Origin: Laetmonice hystrix
Taxonomy: Eukaryota
NCBI GenBank assembly: GCA_965235115.1
Contig: OZ249436.1
Location: 46,068,001-46,132,000 of the forward strand
Reading direction: 5' to 3'
DNA: 64,000 bases
This document shows, piece by piece, positions 26,401 through 58,284 of this stretch. The position numbers were made by a program, and so were the translations under genes. Every line of letters begins with the position of its first letter. Positions within the stretch are counted from its first letter, which is position 1. Below the pieces are notes generated by a model. That model was not told the origin of the DNA and searched no databases. It saw only the letters and a program-made list of their open reading frames with translations.

Positions 26401-27120
26401 GATGCCAAGGGATCTCTAACATGTCCCTCCACACACTGGCACACAGATGTATCATCATGTGGCCAGCCTTTGATGAAGCAGTCGACATGTAGGAGTCTGG
26501 TTAGGCTGTGGCTCGAACTCAGAATAAATATTGTAATGATACATGTAACTTCACATGTAGTGAACCAGGCCCGTACCAGACTTTTCAAAAAGGGGGGTGG
26601 TGGTGGTGGTGGCATGACTTGGAATTTCTGAGCACAAATGTGGCATTCCAGCATTTGCACAATGATGTATGTACAGGTGGTCTTAATCGGAATGACATGG
26701 AATGACGAATGACCAAACAAATTTGGCAAGAACTGCTCCCTTGTCATTCGATTGACACTATAATTATTAACAAGGGAGCAGTCCTTATGCCATTTCTTTT
26801 TTGTCAAATGTTCGTTATTCCATGTCATTTGTCATTCCGATTAGGGCGTCCCTGTATGTACACACTGCATGCATTGTCTTTGGTATGTACACACTGTATG
26901 CATTGTCTTTTGTATGTACTCACAACATGCTATTAAAACTAACATCTGCATTCTTACTTGTAATTACAATATATTACCTGCTCATATCAATGTGATATAC
27001 AGAGAAACTGGGGTAAACTTGAAAAAAAGGGGGTTCAGTCATCATGATGGTGTATGGAACTGATGGAAACAATTACTTACACTTGGTGGCATTTTCTGCA
27101 TCTAGGGAGTAGCGAGTCAT
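23412..27120 (-). CDS. RPL17: 60S ribosomal protein L17 (uL22), 182 aa, 6 coding exons
   Basis: Exons 27120-27081, 25833-25793, 25467-25333, 25077-24979, 24453-24357, 23548-23412 (549 nt, all GT-AG, phases consistent). Translation: [33 protein letters not shown]...[15 protein letters not shown]...[22 protein letters not shown]...[22 protein letters not shown]... Confidence 0.97.
23541..24137. repeat. 74-bp tandem repeat (8 units) overlapping the last RPL17 splice acceptor
   Basis: CATGTAGGCTGC recurs at 23541, 23615, 23689, 23763, 23837, 23911, 23985 and 24059. Confidence 0.95.
24716..24826. repeat. Short ~30-bp tandem repeat, ~4 copies
   Basis: CTTCACAACAAATCTG(C/T)ATTTCCCATA units. Confidence 0.85.
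26234..26502. mobile_element. Possible SINE remnant in an RPL17 intron
   Basis: Segments CTACTCTATCCGATT...CAAGGGATC...GCCTTTGAT...CAGTCG resemble, from memory, an invertebrate SINE core. Not verified. Confidence 0.3.
26685..26843. mobile_element. Small MITE-like inverted repeat
   Basis: TAATCGGAATGAC... / ...GTCATTCCGATTA inverted ends. Confidence 0.5.
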
Positions 27121-27991
27121 GATGGAGACCTTCAATGAAACAACAGACATGTCATTCATTTATCCATAACAAGTGCCGGTGTCGCGGTCTGTTTTCTAGC
27201 AGACGACCGGAGGTGTGAGCGATGCGATGGTCAAAGCTCATGCGCTCGCATTGTGCTAAACAGGTGCGCGAGTGTGAAAGATAAAATCGCTCGCTCGCGT
27301 CCAGTGGAAATCCCGCATTGGTCAGTTTCGCCCTCTAAACAATAGGAATCCATAGTCCCATACACCCGGAGATTGCAGACCGGCGGAGAAAACAGACGGC
27401 GACACCGGTGCCATGTCACGTATATATGTCTTCTGTCAGTACTCGGTACTACACGACAGTCAGTAGGTCAGTAGTAACTTGGGGGTTATCCTAGTAGAGG
27501 TTTTGTCTCAGACTGTTGGAAAGTGTCACTCACAGTGGTAGAGAGTAGTGGACATCATCATCATGATCATCACATCATGCATGGACATGCTACTCTAGTG
27601 GCACGTATAGGAATGACCGAATATATACATTACTAACACTATGAACATAATGAAGCACCGAATGAAGTGTCTGGTAGCATCGACATATGATATGGTGTTA
27701 CAGTTTGTCCGGGAGAATTACCAATAACTCAGACTGGGTGAACTACGGCCGGGCTCCCTTCATCATGCAGTGATCGTGGCCGACATGTTGTATGCCTTTC
27801 GGCATGGAACATCACAAATCTTTACGAGTGATTTACCAGACACTGTGCATAAAACGTCTGTAATATAGCTATTTTTCGATGGGAAACAACATTAGCTTTC
27901 AAGATATGTGCTCAACATGGCCGTTTTCATATGACACACGGAGATGTTTAGGGATGTTCATAGGCTTATAAATTTTAGAAACACATCTCAC

Positions 27992-28017
27992 CTATCTCGC
28001 ACTGCTGGAAAAGGAAG
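27992..28017 (-). other. RPL17: Non-coding first exon of RPL17 with 5'TOP/TCT motif
   Basis: Minus strand reads CTTCCTTTTCC-AGCAGTGCGAGATAG|GTGAGA. A matching acceptor AG at 27131-27130 lies 9 nt before the ATG. Confidence 0.8.
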
Positions 28018-28309
28018 TGAGTTGGGTAATCTCGCGGAAGTGGCGTGCCGCCCGAGATTTCGGCCCAAAGCGTGTGACCGTTGCCAAGCGACGGATATGA
28101 ATATTTAATTAGGTTCAAGTGCCCTGAAAGAAATCTCTGACTATTATGGGATAGATATCCATTTCACCGGAGGACCGTCGTATTTTGACAGCTTCGACGG
28201 ACAGGAAACGTGGAGTTTCTCTAAAGATCTTCCGTGGTTGGAGTTTATGGAATCTGGCATCCATGATCTAGATATTACAGACGAAGTAGACAACAACAGA
28301 ACATCGCCA
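28018..28309. promoter_or_regulatory. Bidirectional promoter / MEK 5' leader between RPL17 and MAP2K1/2
   Basis: Less than 300 bp separate the RPL17 TOP start and the MEK ATG. ETS motif CGGAAGTG at 28035-28042 overlaps TCTCGCG. Confidence 0.7.
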
Positions 28310-47585
<19,276 letters not shown>

Positions 47586-48981
47586 AGCAGTTGGTCAGCC
47601 CGGTGGTTGCCTACGTCCGCACCAAGACACAACCAAGCTCACGGTAGTACCAGCAGTAGGCCACTGTGAAGCAGACCCACCAAAGACGCCGCCCTCTTAA
47701 TGGTGACAATTCTGTGCAAATTATTGCAACCTTGTGCGTCTTGGTTGTTTTGCGTGTATAGCTCATATATATATATTGAGGTTACGTGAATTGGCCCTGA
47801 GTGTAAAAAAAAATGTCTCCTTTAGCAGCAGGAGGAGGTAGAATATACCTGCAGATGGCAGAACTCCTTGGGTTGCTGACGATTCCAAGTGACAGAATCA
47901 GAGGGATCCGTGTGGCTTTGACATACAGGCCATCAGGATAGATGGGTGTCAGAATGTCAAAACAAGTTATTTCATTATTATACCTAGGTATTTTTGTACT
48001 AAAAGATTGCAACAGATAGAATATGAAGACAAAAATACTAGATTAAGTTGGCAATGTAGTTTGTTGATGCTGTGAGGCAGGAGACACATGGTGGGAGCTT
48101 GAATGTGTTGATTAGTGTGACGTGATGCTGCAGAGAGTGTGAGACCTGTGGGCACACAATGTATGCCAGCCACTGCCCCATACGTAGTACTTGCATACCT
48201 GCCATGGCTTTCTCCATTCAATCGTTCCACATTGGAATGAAGAATTCTGCATTCCGCGGCATGCATCTCCAATATCGATTGATTTTGTTGTAAAACTAGA
48301 AGTTTTCTGGAGGAGAAGTTTATTGCTCGATCAGTGTCATATGGTCAGTGATGTACCACGACGGTGATATGGAGACTGATGTATTGGATTTTGTCAGTGT
48401 CTCATAGTCTGCACCAATATCTGAGCGTTTGAGCAATTAAAATGTACTTTACCACAACCAATTTTCAATAAGTCCCATTTGGGCCCATCTGGTCTGTATT
48501 AATTGGGGTGGTTGGTTACTGGTTTTTGTTTTTGTTTTTTTTCCTAAAAATTCAGACTGGTACTAGAATAATGATTCCGGTTTAGAGGATGATGCTTCGA
48601 AGCTCTAGAAATAGGTTGGTCCAAGACATACAATGCGAATCATTAGATTGTAATGAATCAGTTTGGTTTGTTATAGCCAATCACGCAAAGTGATGACCGT
48701 GAAATGTTTCCCAACAATTCCACATGTTTTATAGTTTCAAAATAATACACTATGGACAGACTAGTAGTGGGCATTATGAGTGTCCACAGGAGAAATTGAG
48801 CAGTCGCCAGCCCACAGAATAACCAATCCCAGCTACCACAGGGCACTACAGACTGTCACCATGCCACAGACATTTCTGGCCGATTGCCAACTGATCAACT
48901 GATAATATAGACGAGGCATAATGGTGCCAAAGATCGGTTTAGTTTCTCATAGTCGGTCTTTGCCAGTTGTTGTTTTATATA

Positions 48982-49269
48982 CAGGGTGTCCCCCAAAAAA
49001 TGTCTAAGCCAAACCAGGCAGTCTCCTATGTTCCCCATATCCTGATAGGGAATCTTCTCACATGAAAAATAGTCTTTAATTCATTAAAATCAGTCAAGCA
49101 AATCAAAAGTTGTGCTGTTTTTGGTTGAGCGAAGTATTTGTCTCTTTTTACAGTGGCCAGTTCTAGCTGTCAGATAATGAGATCTGGTTAATGAACTAGG
49201 GTGGGACTCCAGGGAAACAGATTCTTAGATTGCTTGGTTTGGCGTGGACATTTTGTTGGGGACACCTTG
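48982..49269. mobile_element. Tc1/mariner-like MITE
   Basis: ~40-bp imperfect TIRs CAGGGTGTCCCC...GCCAAACCAGGCA / TGCTTGGTTTGGC...GGGGACACCTTG, flanked by TA. Confidence 0.75.
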
Positions 49270-49910
49270 TATATAAATTATTTTGAGAAACTCTGTGGAC
49301 CAGATGGTGGCATGCAAGAGGGTACCGAGATCTGCATACTGAGGTAGAAAGAAAATGTCTTGATTATTTGGACATTGACACAGCCAGGTGTTAACAAATG
49401 TGGAAGAGTTACTGGACAAATGTTATGGCCACTACTCAACTGAAGCCACAGCTCGCTTGGTTTATTGTAACCTGTGTAGTATATTAGAGAATCTTGTGTC
49501 GGACAAGGTTCCCAGTCAGTCTGTCAGACAGGTTGTCCTGTGTTACCCAGTTCAATGTTTTGGTGGAGACAGTGGTATCAACGTGCTTAATTTGATGACG
49601 TGGCATGAGAATTGGACACAGTACACAGATTTCTTGCATAACAATTTTGTAAACTATGTATTTTTTTTAAAGGGGGGGGGGGGAGATTGTCGACTGTGAG
49701 GTGAGCTGTATGTAGGTTAAAAGTTAGCTGCTGAAACTGTGCTTCACCAACACTGAAATGAATAATTAAAAAGTGGAAAAATTCAAGTTCTTTACATATG
49801 TTTGTTTATGCTTTGCTTGATAAGGCTTTCTGACGTTGGGTTGACTGACATGGCAGCCAGCGGCAGTCTCGTTCATCAGTAGGCAAATCAAGCCTCAAAA
49901 ACTGATAAAG

Positions 49911-50497
49911 GTGGTAGCCGAGGCGGGTCTCGGAGAATATTCAACATTGGTAGCTGAGTCTGGTCTCGGAGAATGTTGAACATTGGTAGCCAAGTCCGGT
50001 CTCGGAGAATGTTGAACGTTGGTAGCTGAGTCTGGTCTCGGAGAATGTGGAACGTTGGTAGCTGAGTCAGGTCTCAGAGAATGTCCAACATTAGTAGCCA
50101 AGTCCGGTCTCGGAGAATGTTGAACGTTGGTAGCTGAGTCTGGTCTCGGAGAATGTTGAACGTTGGTAGCTGAGTCAGGTCTCAGAGAATGTCCAACATT
50201 AGTAGCCAAGTCCGGCCTCGGAGAATGTTGAATGTTGGTAGCTGAGTCCGGCCTCGGAGAATGTTGAACATTGGTAGCCAAGTCCAGTCTCGGAGAATGT
50301 TGAACATTGGTAGCTGAGTCCGGCCTCGGAGAATGTTGAACATTGGTAGCCAAGTCCAGTCTCGGAGAATGTTGAACATTGGTAGCTGAGTCAGGTCTCG
50401 GAGAATGTTGAACATTGGTAGCCGAGTTGGGTCTCGGAGAATGTTGAACATTGGTAGCTGAGTCTGATCTCGGAAAATGTTGAACATTAGTAGCCAG
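49911..50497. repeat. Minisatellite, 36-bp unit, ~16 copies
   Basis: Unit TTGGTAGCTGAGTCTGGTCTCGGAGAATGTTGAACA. Confidence 0.95.
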
Positions 50498-51321
50498 TCA
50501 GGCCTGAGAAACTACTGGCCGTATGGCAGTCTTTCTCGTGGGAACATATGCTCCTGACGATCAAGAGATGTGTGGCCACTCAATCTTAATTGCTACTGGA
50601 ATATTTGTACCTCTCCATCGCTTACAATCGTGTGTCATAAATTGAATTAAGTGATTTAACCTGAGCATTTAATTCTTAGAATGCATTTAAGGTGGGAAGT
50701 CTGTATGTGCACAAAATGTTTTAGTTGTTATGCTGAGATTTATGAGACTAGTCACCATGGCAACAGCTTGGCTGCCCAGTCATTGTGATCAGTGTATATA
50801 TTTACATAATGGTGGTGCATGTGTGGTGCGTGGGTGTGGTGCCGTCCCAAAGTGACATTAAGGTTCGTTTGTATTTCCGACACCAAAAAAAAGGAAAAAC
50901 ATAAATATACCTGTACAGTGAAGGTAGTAATAAGGAGCAAGAAGCATGGCTGAATGATTGACGGCTCGGAGTCGTCAATCTTATCAGTGTGAGACCTTGT
51001 CTTAGTCAGGACGAATCGGAAGAAATTGTATCATGTTGTCCACTCTTTCAATTCTTACCACTAACTTTGGCACTCTCACAAGAGTTTGTAGGAGAAAAAA
51101 TCAATAGACGATGCAAAGAACACAAAAGCCGTATACCGGTAATTAAAGGAGGAAGAAATTGGCAATCAGTATTGTTGAGCAATGTAAACCTGCTTTTAGT
51201 GATTCGCCATCATTTTGTAAAAGTGAATTTATTGGTGCAGGAAGTGAGCGAGCGAGTGATTCGGTCAGTGTATACATGTATGGTTGTGTATGAATGTGAT
51301 GCTTGATCTACATGAGGGAGG

Positions 51322-52170
51322 ATGACCATGCCAGCGATGGCGATGGCCGGGCCAGAGGTGGCGACGGCCATGCCAGCGATGGCGATGGCCGGGCCAGAGG
51401 TGGCAACGGCCATGCCAGCGATGGTGATGGCCGGGCCAGAGGTGGCGATGGCCGGGCTGGCAGTGGCGATGGCCGGGCCAGAGGTGGCGACGGCCATGCC
51501 AGCGATGGCGATGGCCGGGCCAGAGGTGGCGACGGCCATGCCAGCGATGGCGATGGCCGGGCCAGAGGTGGCGATGGCTATGCCAGCGATGGCGATGGCC
51601 ATGCCAGCGACGGCCATGCCAGTGATGGCGATGGCCGGGCCAGAGGTGGCGATGGCCATGTCAGCGATGGCCGGGCCGGCAGTGGCGATAGCCAGGCCAT
51701 GCCAGCGATGGCGATGGCCGGGCCAGAGGTGGCGACGGCCATGCCAGCGATGGCGATGGCCGGGCCAGAGGTGGCGATGACCATGCCAGCGATGGCGATG
51801 GCCGGGCCAGAGGTGGCGATGGCCGGGCCAGCGATGGCGATGGCCGGGCCAGAGGTGGCGATGGCTATGCCAGCGATGGCGATGGCCATGCCAGCGATGG
51901 CGATGGCCATGCCAGCGACGGCCATGCCAGCGATGGCGATGGCCGGGCCAGAGGTGGCGATGGCCATGTCAGCGATGGCGATGGCCGGGCCAGAGGTGGC
52001 GATGGCCGGGCCAGCGATGGCGATGGCCGGGCCAGAGGTGGCGATGGCTATGCCAGCGATGGCGATGGCCATGCCAGCGACGGCCATGCCAGCGATGGCG
52101 ATGGCCGGGCCAGAGGTGGCGATGGCCATGTCAGCGATGGCCGGGCCGGCAGTGGTGATTTCCAGGCCAT
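51322..52170. repeat. Complex GC-rich repeat built from ATGGCG/ATGGCC hexamer variants
   Basis: Nested blocks such as ATGCCAGCGATGGCGATGGCCGGGCCAGAGGTGGCG. Confidence 0.92.
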
Positions 52171-52952
52171 CAAACTTGCAAATTCGCTAAACCCCTTTTT
52201 TCGGGTAGACGTTTTTCAGGGCCAAGGTCTCAGTAACCGTCAATAGGAATTGATGAAGAAATTCACTGGTTTTCTGTATGTGGTTTACACTTTAGCTTTA
52301 GTTCCCAAGCAAGAAACAGAATATCCTGTTGCAGTCGGACTATTTGTTAAAACACCTCAGCTTAAGTTTACAGTTGACTGAGGGTCAGCTAAAGAGGGTC
52401 AGCTGAATTGCTTGGGTGTAGGTCACAGACTATCCAGACTGGCTACGGGTTACAAGTGTGACACATGGAAATAAAGATGAAATACACATAGGAAATCACT
52501 GTAATCTTTATCTGTATCCTTGGAAGGTGGTAGTGTCTGAAGGGTTGTTTATAGTACTGAGGTCTACCGATACTGCCTGATGTCTGTGATCGAGGCAAGG
52601 CGTGGTAACGAAAGGCCAGTCTCTCGGCTCTTTGTGTGTATGTGATCAGTGTTAGCCTGAGCGTGGATGAACGAGTGACACTGGGCTGACTGAGGTAACA
52701 TTAGCTGGAATAGTACGTTTCTAATCTGGTGCATCATGATCACAACAAACAAACAAATCCTGTAATTACGCATGTTATAACACTGGAAGATGGCTAGATG
52801 GGCGCTGTATAAATCTACCACTGCAAAAATCTCCCACGTGAGCATAAGGCATGAAAACTTAAGGGACTAGTTAATTAAAAAGTGGGGTCAAATGAAGTAC
52901 ATCAGTTGTGAAGTAATTATGAGAGGTAACTATACGGCCAATGTCTTCATGT

Positions 52953-53460
52953 CCCATCAAAGGTCATGTCCTATTACCCCATTAAAAAGGTCAAGTCCTA
53001 TTACCCCATCAAAGGTCATGTCCTATTACCCCATCAAAGGTCAAGTCCTATTACCCCATCAAAGGTCGTTCACTGTTACCCCATCAAAGGTCAAGTCCTA
53101 TTACCCCATCAAAGGTCATGTCCTATTACCCCATCAAAGGTCATGTCCTATTACCCCATCAAAGGTCATGTCCTATTACCCCATCAAAGGTCATGTCCTA
53201 TTACCCCATCAAAGGTCATGTCCTATTACCCCATCAAAGGTCATGTCCTATTACCCCATCAAAAGTCATGTCCTATTACCCCATCAAAGGTCATGTCCTA
53301 TTACCCCATCAAAGGTCAAGTCCTATTACCCCATCAAAGGGCATGACCTGTTTCCCCATCAAAGGTCAAGTCCTGTTACCCCATCAAAGGTCAAGTCCTA
53401 TTACCCCATCAAAGGTCAAGTCCTATTGCCCCATCAAAGGGCATGACCTGTTTCCCCAAT
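52953..53460. repeat. Minisatellite, 25-bp unit, ~20 copies
   Basis: Unit CCCCATCAAAGGTCA(T/A)GTCCTATTA. Confidence 0.95.
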
Positions 53461-53515
53461 CCAAGGTCCTGTTTCACATGTACAGTCGGTTTTACCATTC
53501 CTGGGGGTGATTAGT

Positions 53516-53865
53516 CCACACCGGACCCAAGCGACTCACCCTCCACACCGGACCCAAGTGACTCACCCTCCACACCGGACCCAAGTGACTCACCCTCCAC
53601 ACCGGACCCAAGTGACTCACCCTCCACACCGGACCAAAGTGACTCACCCTCCACACCGGACCAAAGCGACTCACCCTCCACACCGAACCCAAGCGACTCA
53701 CCCTCCACACCGAACCCAAGCGACTCACCCTCCACACCGGACCCAAGTGACTCACCCTCCACACCGAACCCAAGTGACTCACCCTCCACACCGAACCCAA
53801 GTGACTCGCCCTCCACACCGAACCCAAGTGACTCACCCTCCACACTGGACCCAAGTGACTCACTC
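53516..53865. repeat. Minisatellite, 27-bp unit, 13 copies
   Basis: Unit CCACACCG(G/A)ACCCAAG(T/C)GACTCACCCT. Confidence 0.95.
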
Positions 53866-54181
53866 TCTGGACCCTGATCAGTTGCTAAGACCGAATATAA
53901 ACTGGGTAACAGAATCATGCTGCGTGTCGACCTCTAGGGTTTCCACCCATCCCGCCCCATGTAGAGTAAAGCATGTTTTAACCCCTCCCAGAACACCAAC
54001 TATTCACTCGCTCACTGCCGCAGTCACCTTCGGATTGTGTGAAATGAGAAAGTGATCTAACAGGTGATTAGTGGCTCGACGTTACTGAATGCAGAGACGC
54101 TGACTGGTAACTCGTGGCGCTACCACTAGGGTCCTGTGGTGCGCAATCATGTATTGATGTAAACATATACGTACAGGTGGC

Positions 54182-54251
54182 GTTACTGGTCTGGTTTGGT
54201 GAAGTTACTGGTCTGGTTTGGTGAAGTTACTGGTCTGGTTTGGTGAAGTTA
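54182..54251. repeat. 22-bp repeat, 3 copies
   Basis: GTTACTGGTCTGGTTTGGTGAA x3. Confidence 0.85.
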
Positions 54252-56778
54252 CAGTGGTAACATCAGATCTGATGGCCGTTTAGTTTGTACGTGCCTGTAG
54301 TCTGTCGGTATACGTGGTCGAGTGGGGTGGGCATGTCGTGAAGCGTCTGTGGGGTGGGGGTGGGGGGGGGGGGGGGTGACCTTGGGGTGGGCATGTCGTG
54401 AAGCGTCTGTGGGGGGGGGGGGGGGGGGAGACCTTGTGATATACGTGACCGTTAAACTCCTTCCGTCGGGAGTATATTTTGACCAGGTGTTGACAATTTA
54501 ATTCAGTGACCTCTTTATGGGAAGGTGATGTGTATCGGTGATGGAGTGAAGTTTCTGTACAATCTCTGGCTCGTAGAAATGTTGATTGAGCGGGAGTAAT
54601 ATTAGAATATGGTCGGGACTGACCTCCCGACACGGCACAAAGTGTATCATTTCAAACGGGAGTTTAATGTATGATTAAAAATAACAAGAAGAAGTGCAGT
54701 CGAACTTAGAGGCCATTGTCATGTAGGTTCTCCAGAATTGCTCACACTATTAAAATTATCTATACTAAACGTGTCATTCCTAGCAGTGATTGTCTTGTTT
54801 TCGTTCGTCACCATGGGTGCTCAAGTTAAAGTGTACTTGAAGTCTGTGCAGAAAACAGGAGCGGGTCCAGGATTATGAAAGGGGAGGGATATGTTGAGTA
54901 CGACACAAAACATTGACAAACAGCGGTGTCCAACTCCAGGATCATGTTGGGAAGCTACGTACAACTGTACGGGAGTACTGAAAATATTTTCTCAAAAAGG
55001 GCCTCCTCCCCTCGTTCTTGCTAAGATGTTGCCCTAGAGTTGAAGGTTAAAAATCTAATCCCTTATCGTCTATACAAGTGTTCTCGGGTTGTTGTGGCGT
55101 CATAATTATTGGATTTATTTATTCGTGTGTGAAAATTACCGCGATAATTACACCGGAATTTAGGACATAGAAAATTAAATGGTAGAGGTTTCCTGATCAG
55201 CCACCAGGTGGCTTTCGATTTGCATGTTCCTGGAAAGATAAATATAAATACATACATGTACATCAATTGCTAAAATAGTGTGTCAGCAGGTCAAGACTTT
55301 ATTATAGTAAAAATAGATCGGTCTCCAAAGTCTTGAAGGAAATGGTTTTCTGGAAATAACCGTTCCAAACGCTTCCTCGGGGAGAAACTGCCTCGTGTTT
55401 GGCGAAACACTACCACGTGACACTACTATGTAAATTATATGATACGATATGACGTGTTGGTGAGTCAAGAACCCTTTTTTAGAAGCTACTGAGGCGTGGC
55501 GAAGGCAGAGGCATTGCCCCAGCTCTATATTGACTACGTATATTGACATAGCGGATGCGTTTATGGTAGGCACAGGGGACCAGGCTAGGCAGAGGCTGGA
55601 AATATTTCGAGACTGTACACACTGCCCCCTACTGGGAGACAACGAAACCTGCAATGAGATCGAAGCGCCGCCTAGTGGTTCAAGGGTGTTTACGGGTGTT
55701 AAACGTGGTTTTGGGAACTTTTAAACTTCCAAACAAAGCTCGCCGTATTCATAACTATAAGGAGTCTCGCTAAAAGAAAGACATCTATGGAGACCTTACG
55801 ATGTGGGGAATAATTCTGGTTACTTTTTTGTATAGGTCGTCGCGACAGATTTTGCGTGGCAAGACCTGCTAGGTAGAAAAGTCACAAGTTTTCAGGGTTT
55901 TTTTAAAATACTTTTTTGATGGTTTTCAAATGGCCGTAATTTCACACTGGACAAAAGCCAAATATCTCTAGTTTCCTTTGCAACAATTTCCATGTGAATT
56001 GATTCATTATTCCCACCGCGAGCGTGTTTTGAAGCATCCAAGGTCAGAAAAACAAAGTTTTTAGTCCCCAACTTACGGTACACAGTAGTCGACTGTAGTC
56101 TCTAGACGCGGCGCCCATACAACACCTATCAAATCTCCCACCATATCTCACCATGGTAACTAATGTATCCAACCCAAACCCACTACATATCAATATAATG
56201 AATTTCCCTACAAAGAACAAGTAGTCACTCTGGAACATACACTGCTATGCGAATGAAATGACAATCACGACAAGAGTACCACAAAAGTAAGTTTTTACAA
56301 AAGTTTATTAAAATTCTCATAAAAATTTGTATAAAATTCAGCAATTCAATTTTAGATTTTGGCAGAATATACAAACATTTAAAATTACAGTAATTCTATT
56401 GGGACGTTTTGAAATGCAACATAAACCCGCTTGAATATGTTTATGGACTAGATACACTGGGAACAATAGCAATCGATCTCAAACAGTTATATTGAGAAAT
56501 TCTTAAAATCAAGATCAATACATGTTTGTCTTGTCTTACTCTCGATAGGGTAACATAAGGATGACCTCTGTGAGCCTCACAGAGAATAATTCTCAACGAC
56601 CATCCGACCAGGCGTCTAATTCAAACAAATCTGTCCCTGGCAGAGTTTCTAACAACACAACTAGCCTCTATGAACACTGAAGGATTATAAATCTACTACA
56701 ATACGTGCATCAAGCACAGCTTTGTATGACTACGCCGTGTGAGGGTGAGGAAGTTTGTTAGAGCAGCCTGCCGCCTTA

Positions 56779-56936
56779 TATCCATTCACCACTGTAATGT
56801 AGTTCGAGCACCAGCATATCAGCTTACAATGATCCATTCACCACTGTAATGTAGTTCGAGCACCAGCATCATCAGCTTACAATGATCCATTCACCACTGT
56901 AATGTAGTTCGAGCACCAGCATATCAGCTTACAATG
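56779..56936. repeat. ~53-bp repeat, 3 copies
   Basis: ATCCATTCACCACTGTAATGTAGTTCGAGCACCAGCATATCAGCTTACAATG x3. Confidence 0.88.
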
Positions 56937-57112
56937 ACTCTACAGGATTTCTTTGGGCTGATTTACATGCATATAGGCCTACCTGATACTGAAAATATTC
57001 TTCTCTGGGACCTGAGATATATCTATTTCAGACCCGTCATAGGATAGAAGCTTGCACTATGACCAGACCCCGCCCTAAATAATGCCCGTCAGTATGTGAA
57101 CCCAACTCTAGT

Positions 57113-57905
57113 GTAGTCTGTCTGTCTATATACTGTAGTCTGTCTGCCTGTCTATATACTGTAGTCTGTCTGCCTGTCTATATACTGTTGACTGTCTGCC
57201 TGTCTATATACTGTAGTCTGTCTGCCTGTCTATATACTGTAGTCTGTCTGCCTGTCTATACTGTAGTATGTCTGCCTGTCTATATACTGTAGTCTGTCTG
57301 CCTGTCTATATACTGTAGTATGTCTGCCTGTCTATATACTGTAGTCTGTCTGCCTGTCTATATACTGTAGTCTGTCTGCCTGTCTATATACTGTAGTCTG
57401 TCTGCCTGTCTGTATACTGTAGTCTGTCTGCCTGTCTATATACTGTAGTCTGTCTGCCTGTCTATATACTGTAGTCTGTCTGCCTGTCTATACTGTAGTA
57501 TGTCTGCCTGTCCATATACTGTAGTCTGTCTGCCTGTCTATATACTGTAGTCTGTCTGCCTGTCTGTATACTGTAGTCTGTCTGCCTGTCTATATACTGT
57601 AGTCTGTCTGCCTGTCTATATACTGTAGTCTGTCTGCCTGTCTATATACTGTAGTCTGTCTGCCTGTCTATATACTGTAGTCTGTCTGCCTGTCTATATA
57701 CTGTAGTCTGTCTGCCTGTCTATATACTGTAGTCTGTCTGCCTGTCTATACTGTAGTATGTCTGCCTGTCTATATACTGTAGTCTGTCTGCCTGTCTATA
57801 TACTGTAGTCTGTCTGCCTGTCTGTATACTGTAGTCTGTCTGCCTGTCCATATACTGTAGTCTGTCTGTCTCTGCCTGTCTCTATACTGAAGTCTGTCTG
57901 TCTGA
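57113..57905. repeat. Minisatellite, 24-26-bp unit, ~30 copies
   Basis: Unit TATATACTGTAGTCTGTCTGCCTGTC. Confidence 0.95.
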
Positions 57906-57916
57906 ATGTCTATAGT

Positions 57917-58194
57917 GACAGAACTTTCTGTTTGACACAATCCCTGCGACAGAACTTTCTGTTTGACACAATCCCCGCGACAGAACTTTCTGTTTGACAC
58001 AATCCCCGCGACAGGACTTTCTGTTTGACACAATCCCAGCGACAGGACTTTCTGTTTGACACAATCCCCGCGACAGAACTTTCTGTTTGACACAATCCCT
58101 GCGACAGGACTTTCTGTTTGACACAATCCCTGCGACAGAACTTTCTGTTTGACACAATCCCCACGACAGGACTTTCTGTTTGACACAATCCCCG
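57917..58194. repeat. Minisatellite, 31-bp unit, ~9 copies
   Basis: Unit GACAG(A/G)ACTTTCTGTTTGACACAATCCCCGC. Confidence 0.95.
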
Positions 58195-58284
58195 CCTGCA
58201 GTTACCCTGATTTCACAACCCCTTGCTAACTCTGATGTAGGCTCCCGATATGACACTACTTGCCCTAACTGTTGCAGCAGCTGT

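Noticed and set aside
27728..27768. C/D-box-like segment (ATGATGA...CTGA) in RPL17 intron 1 with a short match to a 28S-like motif
   Set aside because: Too short, no terminal stem, and the complementarity does not extend to the D box as a guide would need.
51210..52190. Met/Ala-rich or Gly/Asp-rich repetitive protein
   Set aside because: Open in several frames on both strands, with a frame break near 51690-51700. Best explained as a hexamer-based repeat, though a repetitive exon is not formally excluded.
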